Assembly (NCBI GenBank): GCA_036825615.1
Contig: DAISXY010000004.1
Coordinates: forward strand, 131,695-155,694
DNA from: Chthoniobacterales bacterium
GTDB taxonomy: Bacteria > Verrucomicrobiota > Verrucomicrobiia > Chthoniobacterales > UBA10450
Direction of reading: 5' to 3'
Length of the DNA stretch: 24,000 bases
Each line of letters opens with the position of its first letter. The stretch's first letter is position 1. Positions 9,159 through 16,884 of this stretch are shown here, in pieces. Made by a program: the position numbers and the translations under genes. The notes beneath the pieces are model-generated. The model was not told where the DNA came from. It did not search any database and saw only the letters and a program-made list of their open reading frames with translations.

Positions 9159-9507
9159 CAAAGCGGTTGCCTTCGCTATCCTTGAAAATGGCGTAGGTGC
9201 CCCAGGGCTGTTGCTCCGGCGGACCTTCAAACTCCACCCCGCGCGTTTTCAGTTCGTCATAGGTCTTCGCGATGTCATCGCAGGCGTAGGAAAGGTTCAT
9301 GAAGCTGCCAATCCGCTTCTCCTCGCCCTCGGCGGTGAAAAGAACCACCCGGGTTTCGGCCTTCGGGATTCGCAACTCGATCCAGCGCTGTTTCTCATCG
9401 AACGGCTGATCGGTGATGATGGTGAAGCCGAGCTTCTCGGTATAAAAGTCGAGCGCGCGGTTCTGGTCCGCGACCGGGATGCTGACGAATTTGATTTGCT
9501 TGATCAT
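9145..9507 (-). CDS. VOC family (glyoxalase/bleomycin-resistance fold) protein
   Basis: 120-aa ORF MIKQIKFVSIPVADQNRALDFYTEKLGFTI...WGTYAIFKDSEGNRFVI, which is the typical single-domain VOC pattern. Its 3' end overlaps the convergent aguA by 14 nt. Confidence 0.85.
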   Translation of the reverse strand: MIKQIKFVSIPVADQNRALDFYTEKLGFTIITDQPFDEKQRWIELRIPKAETRVVLFTAEGEEKRIGSFMNLSYACDDIAKTYDELKTRGVEFEGPPEQQPWGTYAIFKDSEGNRFVIGS

Positions 9508-9612
9508 GACGCCGGCAAGCTAGACTGCGCCTAACAAGAAGGTCGAGGCCGATTTCCTCTTCAGCGAAGAAAGTGCTGTCCTTTTATCGGTCCAGCGGCA
9601 AACCTTGGCGCG

Positions 9613-9936
9613 ATGCCTCGGTTTCGCCGCACGATTCCAGTCGACGACTACGTGCTCGATGTGCTGATGCGCGATCTCGTCGGCCACGATCAGCAACCGG
9701 CGGCTTTTCTTGTTTTCCCGCACCTTTACCGCGTGGCCGAAAAGCAACACTGGCGGCCGGCGAGCCGCAGTCTGCGCCAGATTGCGGAGGAGACCGGATT
9801 ATCGAAAAGCGCGGTCCAGGTCGCACTCCGCACGTTGCGCCGGCGCAAATTAATTGAGTCGAGCAGTGCACACGCGACCGCCGTAGGGAAACACCGGGTC
9901 TTGCGTCATTGGCGGGAAGGAGCAACGCGCAGGTGA
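9613..9936 (+). CDS. Small winged-helix/HTH DNA-binding protein (function unknown)
   Basis: 107-aa ORF starting at an ATG. The segment SLRQIAEETGLSKSAVQVALRTLRRRKLIE is a clear HTH recognition region. I do not recognise a more specific family. Confidence 0.55.
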   Translation: MPRFRRTIPVDDYVLDVLMRDLVGHDQQPAAFLVFPHLYRVAEKQHWRPASRSLRQIAEETGLSKSAVQVALRTLRRRKLIESSSAHATAVGKHRVLRHWREGATRR

Positions 9937-10267
9937 GATTAGTCAGATGAATCGGCTGGCGAGTTGATCGAAGCTCGGGCCAACGCTCTCAGGCGTTGGT
10001 CGAACGGCATTGAGATCACGCCCGCGTGCGGCCGACCCGTCTCAAACGGTGTCAGCCCCAGCCGGCGAGCGAGCGGATCGCGACGTGCTGGTGTCGATAG
10101 TCGTCGTGGACGAAGCGAAGCACCGCCTGCGGGTATGTTGAGATTAGAACGGGATTTCGCGATCCATCACTGGCGATTCGTGGTGAGAGACGGCCCCAAG
10201 CGCTCTCCTGAAGCGCTGGGCGAGCAGCTTGCGACAGCGGTTTTTGAACTGCCAGATTGCAACTGCG

Positions 10268-10303
10268 AGGTCCCTCGCCGTCCTTCGGCGGCTCGGGATG
10301 ACA
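10268..10303 (-). repeat. REP-like element copy (CATCCCGAGC...GAGGGAC type)
   Basis: The minus-strand sequence ctgtCATCCCGAGCcgccgaaggacggcGAGGGACCtcgc shares the CATCC(C/T)GAGC ... GAGGGA core with the copies at 16715-16743 and 16860-16884. Confidence 0.4.
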
Positions 10304-10344
10304 GGCGAGGGGGGTGCCGGGGCTTGAGGCGACTGGGGACGTCG

Positions 10345-10617
10345 CTAGTCGGCCATCGGAGCGGGTTTGTAACCGCTCCGCAGGATGGCGTCGTGCAATT
10401 CCGGGGCGTGCGTTTTGCGCGCGTCGAAGGTTACCCAGACCCGTTCCGCTTCCGGATCGGCGTTCACTTCCTTCACGCCTGCGATCCGCATCAGCGGTTC
10501 GCGCAAGCGGCGAACGCACTCGTCGCAATCATTACCTTCGGTCGCGATGTCGATCGTCTCGAGCACCTCGTGGTCGGCGGTATCGTGAAGATTATGCGGG
10601 TCGGCCGGGTCCATCAC
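10345..10617 (-). CDS. Heavy-metal-associated (HMA) domain protein with an atypical acidic CxxC loop
   Basis: 90-aa ORF. The HMA-like pattern is IDIATEGNDCDECVRRLREPLMRIAGVKEVNADPEAERVWVTFD...LHDAILRSGYK. The usual GMxCxxC loop is replaced by GNDCDEC, and the N-terminal tail is His-rich (DPHNLHDTADHE). Confidence 0.7.
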   Translation of the reverse strand: MMDPADPHNLHDTADHEVLETIDIATEGNDCDECVRRLREPLMRIAGVKEVNADPEAERVWVTFDARKTHAPELHDAILRSGYKPAPMAD

Positions 10618-10859
10618 ACTAGGTTCGTGGCTGGGCGGGGTGCTGCGCGCCCGGAAATGCGCTCGCCGTTAGATCGCGCCCTTTGGCATGATGCGCTTTG
10701 CGCGCCATCGGACATGCGCAAGGGGAACATGACCAAAATGTAAGCTCGACGCGGGTGACAGGCGCTCCCGCCATTTAGTAGCATCAAAACGCTTCTCCGA
10801 CAGGATGCCTGTTTTTCTACAGGCTCGTTCATTAACTCAGCTACATAAAAGGACTACAC

Positions 10860-12830
10860 ATGAAACTATCCACTCATCGTCTTAGATTCGTTAGTCGGCG
10901 CGCTTTATCTGCGCTCCTCCTTGCCTTCGGCCTCTGTCTGGCGCTGATTGCAATCCACAAAGCAGCGGCCCAGGGCCAATCGCGGGGCACTCCCAACATC
11001 CAGGGCACATATCGTGGCCTCGCCCCAGTGGTGAAGTTCGATATTTCGCCGCCTCTGCGCGACATGGTGCCGATCGTCGGCCCTGGCCAACTGAAAGAGA
11101 ACGAGGACCGCGAGATCCGCCCTTGGAAGGTCCGCTTCGCTCCGGAAATTGACCCGGTGGCGCAAGCCACGGTGCGCGGACAAGACATGTCGGATAGTGG
11201 TGAAATTGCCCCGCCAATCATCAGCTTTAACGGCCAGGGAAACACTGCCGGCGTGGTGCCGCCCGACCCAAATGGCACCGTCGGCCCCAATCACGTCGTC
11301 ACGATGGTCAACCTGACCTTCCAGATCTTCAACAAGAGCGGCAGTTCGTTGTTCGGTCCGGCCAATAACAACACCCTTTGGTCTGGTTTTGGTGGTGACT
11401 GCCAGACGGATAACTCGGGCGACCCGGTCGTTCTCTACGATCGCGCGGCTGATCGCTGGATCTTCTCCCAGTTTACCGCCAGCGGCCCGACCTTCTTCGA
11501 ATGTATCGCAGTTTCGACTACGAACGATCCGACCGGGTCCTTCTTCCGTTACTCAATCTCGACCGGCACGAATTTTCCGGATTATCCAAAAGCCGGTATC
11601 TGGCCGGACGCTTACTATTTCAGCACTCGCGAATTTGCCAACGGAGGTGTCTCCTTTGCCGGTGTAGGAGCTTATGCGCTCAATCGCGCTCAGGCTCTGG
11701 CCGGCAATCCAAGCCCGCAGGTTATCTCTTTCCTGATTCCGCCGGTAGGCCTTGGCGCGAATGTCGGCGACGGATTGCTGCCATCTGACTGGGACGGCCC
11801 AACCGCTCCACCTGTCGGTAGTCCGAATTTCTTCGTCGGATCACAGGATAACAACGGCCCGTATGGTGCGACGACCGATGCCTTGAATCTGTACAGATTC
11901 CATGCCGATTTTGCGAATCCCCCAAGCTCCACTTTCACCCTCGCTGCTGCCATTCCCACGGCGGCGTTCAATTCTATCCTGGGGATATGTAATGGCGGGC
12001 GGGCTTGTATCTCGCAACCGGGAACTAGTACGAAAATCGACCATCTCGGTTACCGTCAACGTCCGACCTTCCGTTTGGCCTACCGTAACTTCGGCGACCA
12101 CGAATCACTCGTCACGAATCAATCCGTCTCAGCTGGGAACGGGCCTAATGGTGAAGTTTCGGGCATCCGGTGGTGGGAAATCCGGAATCCCAATGGAACA
12201 CCGACTATCTTCCAGGAGGGCACTTATGCGCCGGGTCTTACCGATGGGGTTCATCGCTGGATGGGAAGCATTGCAATGGATAACCAAGGCAACATCGGGT
12301 TGGCTTACAGCGCCTCCAACGGCTCAAATCCCGCCGTCTTCCCGAGCGTGCGTTACACTGGCCGTCTCGCAAACGATCCACTCGGCCAGATGACTCTGGG
12401 CGAAGCCGATATTGTCACCGGGACTGGTTCACAAACCACGCCTCTGAGTCGCTGGGGTGACTATACCTCACTTAGCATTGATCCGACAGATGATCAGACC
12501 TTTTGGCATGTGAACGAATGGGTTCCTACGACAAGTTCGTCCGGCTGGGTGATCCGGGTTGGCAGCTTTAAGATCGCGAGCGCGACCCAAAACATCAGCC
12601 TTCTGGCGCGCCTGCGTCAGCGCACCGGCAAGTCGCAGGTCTCCCTAAGATGGAGCCCGGCCGACGGCGGCAATATCAATGTCCTGCGCAATGGCGTCGT
12701 TGTTCAGACGACCGCAGACGATGGCAATACCAAGGATAACCTTGGCAGCCAGACTGGAACATTCACCTATCAGGTTTTTGAGACGGATTCTGGTGACTGC
12801 TCGAACGAAGTCGACGTCGTAGTGCCATAA
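10860..12830 (+). CDS. Secreted protein of unknown function (sialidase/BNR-like propeller signature, C-terminal Ig/FN3-like domain)
   Basis: 656-aa ORF with signal peptide ..ALSALLLAFGLCLALIAIHKAAAQ. It has conserved-looking blocks PDPNGTVGPNHVVTMVN, DPVVLYDRAADRWIFSQF, FPDYPKAGIWPDAYYFS and RWGDYTSLSIDPTDDQTFW. The protein-coding call is solid, but the function is unknown. Confidence 0.8.
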   Translation: MKLSTHRLRFVSRRALSALLLAFGLCLALIAIHKAAAQGQSRGTPNIQGTYRGLAPVVKFDISPPLRDMVPIVGPGQLKENEDREIRPWKVRFAPEIDPVAQATVRGQDMSDSGEIAPPIISFNGQGNTAGVVPPDPNGTVGPNHVVTMVNLTFQIFNKSGSSLFGPANNNTLWSGFGGDCQTDNSGDPVVLYDRAADRWIFSQFTASGPTFFECIAVSTTNDPTGSFFRYSISTGTNFPDYPKAGIWPDAYYFSTREFANGGVSFAGVGAYALNRAQALAGNPSPQVISFLIPPVGLGANVGDGLLPSDWDGPTAPPVGSPNFFVGSQDNNGPYGATTDALNLYRFHADFANPPSSTFTLAAAIPTAAFNSILGICNGGRACISQPGTSTKIDHLGYRQRPTFRLAYRNFGDHESLVTNQSVSAGNGPNGEVSGIRWWEIRNPNGTPTIFQEGTYAPGLTDGVHRWMGSIAMDNQGNIGLAYSASNGSNPAVFPSVRYTGRLANDPLGQMTLGEADIVTGTGSQTTPLSRWGDYTSLSIDPTDDQTFWHVNEWVPTTSSSGWVIRVGSFKIASATQNISLLARLRQRTGKSQVSLRWSPADGGNINVLRNGVVVQTTADDGNTKDNLGSQTGTFTYQVFETDSGDCSNEVDVVVP

Positions 12831-12871
12831 CTTCTGCCTCTGCGAACGGATTTCTCCGTCACGTAGATCTG

Positions 12872-12904
12872 GCTTCGGAAATCGTCCTAACCGATTTCCG
12901 AAGC
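12872..12904. terminator. Perfect 13-bp stem-loop between convergent genes
   Basis: GCTTCGGAAATCG (12872-12884) pairs with CGATTTCCGAAGC (12892-12904) around a 7-nt loop, TCCTAAC. There is no U-tract on either strand. Confidence 0.4.
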
Positions 12905-12907
12905 TGC

Positions 12908-12950
12908 AAAGGGCATCTGGCGGCAGCGCCGGATGCCCTTTCTCATTTTG
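12908..12950 (+). terminator. Rho-independent terminator of the 656-aa gene
   Basis: The stem pairs 12908-12922 (AAAGGGCATCTGGCG) with 12927-12941 (CGCCGGATGCCCTTT): 15 bp including one G-U pair, with a 4-nt loop. It is followed by the T-rich CTCATTTTG. Confidence 0.6.
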
Positions 12951-12969
12951 CGACAATCGGCCGCTGGCT

Positions 12970-13944
12970 CTAAGTCAGTGCCCCGCCGCAGCTGGAACCC
13001 GCTCCGGCAGTGCAACCAAAGCAATGGTCGCCGGTTACAATCGCGCGGTTCCTCACCGCAGCAGGATCGACATCCCAGAGATAGATTGTCTCTTCCTGGT
13101 TTCTCCAGTTTAGCTTCAGCATCTGGTTGAAGTCACAATCAAAGACTTCACCGCGCCAGCTGACATTGATGGTGTTGCGACACATTAAGCCTTCCACGGT
13201 CGCCGGGTTGAAGGCTTCGATCAGCAGACTCATGTACTCACTTAGCTGGTTGTTATGCCGCAGCCAGGAGGCGAAGCGGGCGATCGGCAGGTTGGTGATC
13301 GTGTAGAGATTGTTAAACGCGATGCCGAAATGCTCTTTCAGCTCGCGCTTGTAGTCCGCTTCGAGCTTCGCCTGCGGGCCGGGAAGGAAAGCGCCATTTG
13401 GATTGTAGACGAGATGGAGCGGGAGGTGCGGCTCGATGCCGTAGCCTAACGAATTAAGGAGTTGCAGCGCTTTGATGCTGGCGTCGAAAACGCCTTCGCC
13501 CCGCTGCGCGTTCACATTTTCCGGCGAGTAACAGGGCATCGAGGCAATGATCTCGACTTCATGCCGGGCGAGAAACTGTCCGTAATCCTCATAGCCCGGC
13601 TCGAGCAGGATCGTCAGGTTACAGCGATCAATGATGTGTCGCGGCGGGGTGAGAGCTTTCAAGCGTTTGATAAGATACTTGAAATCGGGAATCATCTCCG
13701 GGGCGCCGCCGGTCAGGTCGACCTTTGCGATATCCGTTTTGGCAAACCAATCCACGACCCGATCGATCGTCTCGCGAGTCATGATCTCTTTCCGTTTCGG
13801 TCCGGCGTTCACATGGCAGTGAATGCAGGTAAGATTGCAGAGCTTGCCAACATTCACTTGCAGGACCTCGGTCCTGGTGTGGCGCAAGCGCAGGGCATGT
13901 TTTTGTAGCTCTTGCGCGAAGCGATTGGAGGTGGCGGTGTTCAC
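12970..13944 (-). CDS. arsS: ArsS-type radical SAM/Cys-rich domain protein (arsenosugar biosynthesis radical SAM enzyme)
   Basis: This is ORF 12970..13992. It has the radical SAM motif CNLTCIHC and the family-typical C-terminal Cys cluster DHCFGCTAGAGSSCGGALT. My preferred start is the GTG at the complement of 13944-13942, which forms a GTGA overlap with the stop of the upstream PiT gene and gives 324 aa. The ATG at 13992 would overlap that gene by 52 nt. Confidence 0.85.
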   Translation of the reverse strand: MNTATSNRFAQELQKHALRLRHTRTEVLQVNVGKLCNLTCIHCHVNAGPKRKEIMTRETIDRVVDWFAKTDIAKVDLTGGAPEMIPDFKYLIKRLKALTPPRHIIDRCNLTILLEPGYEDYGQFLARHEVEIIASMPCYSPENVNAQRGEGVFDASIKALQLLNSLGYGIEPHLPLHLVYNPNGAFLPGPQAKLEADYKRELKEHFGIAFNNLYTITNLPIARFASWLRHNNQLSEYMSLLIEAFNPATVEGLMCRNTINVSWRGEVFDCDFNQMLKLNWRNQEETIYLWDVDPAAVRNRAIVTGDHCFGCTAGAGSSCGGALT

Positions 13945-15056
13945 AAGTGGCGCAGGAAAACGTAGGAAGCGGCGCCGAGCAAAGCCGCGCACGGGAGGGT
14001 AATAACCCAGGAAAGAGCAATGTTGAACATGACGCGCGGGTTGGCCTGGCCGGTTGTCAATCCGATCCCGAAAAGCGAACCGACGGCGACATGCGTGGTG
14101 GAAACCGGCAAGCCAAATGTGCTCGCCAAAATAACGAGAATCCCGGTCGTCAGGTTCGCGGAAAACCCCTGGCCGTGATTCATCGCGGTAAGTTTGTGGC
14201 TCATCGTCGCCGCAATTTTGCGTGAATGGATCAACCCGCCGATCGCCATCGTGCTCGCGACGGCAAAAAAACCCCAGCGCAAATCGAGCGCGCGGACAAG
14301 CAGAAGCATGGCGACAATCTTCGGCGTATCATTTAACCCGCGCGCGAAACTTACTATTCCCGCGCTGAGAAAGTGCGCGCCGTCCATCAGTTGCTGCGAG
14401 GTCACTCCGAGGAATTTACCGGCGTAACGCTCCCGACAACTCTTGGCTTCCGCCACCGTCAGGCTGACGCTGGGCGCCGATCGCAGTCGCAAGAGGCCAG
14501 GCTGCGGAATGGCAATGACCCGCTCAACGGTTTCGACGCAGACGCACATTTCCTTTGAAATGCCAAACATCAGGCGCAGCGACCGAAAAAGCAGGTAAAG
14601 CATGGCGCCCAGAAAAATCGCAAGCAGAGGACTGAGAAGCAGCGGGAGAACAAAGCCTTTGCCTAACGAGGCAAAGTTTACCTGGGAGCTGGCGGCGAGT
14701 AAGCCACAGCCGATCAGCGATCCCATCAGGCTATGAGTGGTGGCAATCGGGAACCCGAAACGGGTGGCAAGAATGACTGTGAGTGCCGCGCCAAGCGCGA
14801 CGGCGAGCAAAAAGGCCGGCGAGGCGACGAGGGCGTCCGGCACCAGTCCTTTGCCGGAGAATTTCTTGAGTAACGCCTGGGCGAGAAAGATCGCGGCAAT
14901 CGAGCCGGCGAAGGTGGTAAGTGTAGCCCAGGAGATCGCCGTGCGATAACTCGCCGCCCGACAACCGTAGAGCGAGGCGACACCTTTAAAGTTATCGTTT
15001 GCCCCATTCGAATAGGCGAGGAAACAGGTCGCGAGAAAAAGAGCCAGGGCAATCAT
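13941..15056 (-). CDS. PiT-family (PHO4) inorganic anion transporter with an atypical signature
   Basis: 371-aa polytopic membrane ORF. Both PiT signature regions are present but divergent: YSNGANDNFKGVAS and ARGLNDTPKIVA. PVSTTHVAVGSLFGIG is also present. The start lies 3 nt after the arsC stop. Confidence 0.9.
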   Translation of the reverse strand: MIALALFLATCFLAYSNGANDNFKGVASLYGCRAASYRTAISWATLTTFAGSIAAIFLAQALLKKFSGKGLVPDALVASPAFLLAVALGAALTVILATRFGFPIATTHSLMGSLIGCGLLAASSQVNFASLGKGFVLPLLLSPLLAIFLGAMLYLLFRSLRLMFGISKEMCVCVETVERVIAIPQPGLLRLRSAPSVSLTVAEAKSCRERYAGKFLGVTSQQLMDGAHFLSAGIVSFARGLNDTPKIVAMLLLVRALDLRWGFFAVASTMAIGGLIHSRKIAATMSHKLTAMNHGQGFSANLTTGILVILASTFGLPVSTTHVAVGSLFGIGLTTGQANPRVMFNIALSWVITLPCAALLGAASYVFLRHL

Positions 15057-15059
15057 GGG

Positions 15060-15482
15060 TTAGGCGAAAGCGGTGCACCATTGTGCGATCCGTTCTTCGA
15101 TTCGATCGCAGATAGCGCGCGTGCCGGCAAGGCGCTCTTCTCGTGTGCCGGTAAGGGCGGAGGGATCGAAAGCTCCAATGCAGTCTTTGTGTCCCGCCCG
15201 GAAAGTCGGGACAGGCGGCGGCGCTCGCCTCGTCGCAGACGGTGATGACATAATCCAGCCGGGTCCCGGATTGCAGCGCTTCTTCGATGCTGCGAGGCTG
15301 TTTGTCCGCGATCTCGATTCCGCGCTCACGCAAGACTTCAACCACGAGCGGGTTCAACTTGCCGGGTTGCAAGCCCGCGCTTTCGGCAAGGAACAAGCCG
15401 CTGCGGTTCCGATTGAGCAGCGCCTCCGCCATTTGACTGCGGGCGCTTTGTGAATGCAAACGAAGAGAACGCGCGCAGGCAT
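15060..15482 (-). pseudogene. arsC: LMW-PTP-type arsenate reductase ArsC, disrupted by two compensating frameshifts
   Basis: The ATG (complement of 15482-15480) lies 2 nt after the arsM stop and gives MPARVLFVCIH. The reading frame then shifts near 15447-15449. The middle section SARSQMAEALLN...DYVITVCDEASAAACPDFPGGTQRLHWSF reads in the frame of ORF 14992..15735. A second shift near 15169-15171 returns to the original frame for FDPSALTGTREERLAGTRAICDRIEERIAQWCTAFA* (the tail of ORF 15060..15341). The total span of 423 nt equals 141 codons. Confidence 0.8.
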
Positions 15483-15484
15483 AC

Positions 15485-16639
15485 TTAACAACAGCTGCCG
15501 CCATCGCAGCAGCTACTCGCCTCGGTTGTAACTTTGTAATCCTGTCCTTTGGTTTCCTTCGGATGGCGGCGCGAAACGCGTGAGCAATCGAACGGCTTCG
15601 CCTCCGCGAGCGGAATCTCGTCGAGGGGTTCAACAAGCTCGAAGAACTCCCGATAAGGCGCTTTGCTGTAAAGGTTGTAAGTCTTATCGCAGACCGCGTA
15701 TCGCACCCCGCGTTCCATTCGGTGGTTATCGTCATCGAGCACCTCGCGGAAAGGTCCGCGGTAGATCACGGCCTGGTTGCGCTCGAAGCAGGGACCTTGC
15801 TTGCCTTTGAAGGCCTCGACCGTGACGGAACGAAACTCAATTCCTTCCACGGTTTGCCACGGTTTCGCATCGCGCTTCAGGATTTGAATTCCATAAAAAC
15901 CCGCCTCGGCGAAGGCGTTGAGAAAGCCTTCCTCGGTGAGTGCCCCGGAAATGCAGCCGCTCCAGAGCTCCGGATCATTTTGCAGATGCTCGGGCACCTC
16001 TTCATCCGAGACGACATCGGAGATCACCGCGCGCCCGCCCTTTTTCAGGACCCGAAAGATTTCCTCGAAGAGCTGCCGTTTTGATTTCGGCTCGACGAGG
16101 TTGAGGACGCAATTGGAAACCACGACATCGATCGAATCGCTCGCCACGAGCGGATGCTTGACCCGCAACTCCTGGGCAAGCTCATCAGCGCGCAGGAATG
16201 AGGCGGCATCGGTGATCGGGCGCGCTTTCAATTCTTGATCGAGCTTTTCCAAGTCGAGCGCGAGGTCCTGGATGCGCCCTTTGCGGAACTCGACGTTGCG
16301 GTAACCGACTCGCTCGGCCACGATCGGCGCGTTGCGGCGCGCGATCTCGAGCATTTCATCGGTCATGTCGACGCCGATGACCTTGCCCGTCGGTCCCACG
16401 ATCTGGGCCGCGATGAAGCAGATTTTTCCCGAGCCGCTCCCGAGATCGAGCACCGTCTCACCCGGGCGAAGATAACGGCTCGGATCGCCGCAGCCGTAAT
16501 CGCGCTCGATCACTTCCTGCGGAATCACTTCCAGGAACTTCGTGTCGTACTCGATTGGACAACACAGCTTTGCCTCGGCCGCTTTCGCGCCCGCGGCATA
16601 ACGTTCTCGAACGGCTGTTTCTGGATTCATTGTGCTCAT
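15485..16639 (-). CDS. arsM: Arsenite S-adenosylmethionine methyltransferase (ArsM-type)
   Basis: This is ORF 15485..16666. I chose the ATG at the complement of 16639-16637, which has GGAGGG 9 nt upstream, giving 384 aa. It has the SAM motif VLDLGSGSG and GVDMTDEML. The ArsM-typical cysteine contexts LCCP, YGCGDP, SNCVLNL and GCISGAL are present, along with a Cys-rich tail [10 protein letters not shown]. Confidence 0.85.
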   Translation of the reverse strand: MSTMNPETAVRERYAAGAKAAEAKLCCPIEYDTKFLEVIPQEVIERDYGCGDPSRYLRPGETVLDLGSGSGKICFIAAQIVGPTGKVIGVDMTDEMLEIARRNAPIVAERVGYRNVEFRKGRIQDLALDLEKLDQELKARPITDAASFLRADELAQELRVKHPLVASDSIDVVVSNCVLNLVEPKSKRQLFEEIFRVLKKGGRAVISDVVSDEEVPEHLQNDPELWSGCISGALTEEGFLNAFAEAGFYGIQILKRDAKPWQTVEGIEFRSVTVEAFKGKQGPCFERNQAVIYRGPFREVLDDDNHRMERGVRYAVCDKTYNLYSKAPYREFFELVEPLDEIPLAEAKPFDCSRVSRRHPKETKGQDYKVTTEASSCCDGGSCC

Positions 16640-16714
16640 GCTGGTCGTCCCTCCGTTTTGCGCCAATAGGAGAAGCTAATCGCGTGGAAATTCCAATGTC
16701 ACGAGAAAGCTTCT

Positions 16715-16884
16715 GTCATCCCGAGCGAAGTCGAGGGATCCCGGGGAGTAACCATTCAGCTCCGGCGGCAAACTACGTCGTCGAACGGCTATAGCCCCGG
16801 AGTGATGCTTGGTCGCTCGCTTCTCGTTACTTCCGCGGGATCCTTCCCCGAAAGCTTTCGGGGCCGCGCTCCGCTCAGGATGGC
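16715..16884. repeat. Pair of inverted REP-like elements flanking an 18-nt perfect palindrome
   Basis: GTCATCCCGAGCGAAGTCGAGGGATCCC lies at 16715-16743 on the plus strand. A related copy lies on the minus strand at about 16860-16884 (CCATCCTGAGCGGAGCGCGGCCCC). The perfect palindrome CCCCGAAAGCTTTCGGGG at 16846-16863 is extended by CGCGG (16834-16838) pairing with CCGCG (16864-16868). The whole unit sits in the mntR-arsM spacer. Confidence 0.4.

Noticed and set aside
12970-13030. A possible selenocysteine codon in the ArsS C-terminal Cys cluster (some members of this family are selenoproteins)
   Set aside because: All the cluster positions are TGC Cys codons. There is no in-frame TGA, and the gene ends at a TAG.
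14992-15735. A 247-aa minus-strand ORF that looks like a single large gene bridging arsM and the PiT gene
   Set aside because: Only its middle section is ArsC-like. Its 5' part is the arsM 3' end read out of frame, and its 3' part (RSLRPYRHTRRAPCRH...) is the arsC C-terminus and the PiT start read out of frame. It is better explained as the central frame of a doubly frameshifted arsC.
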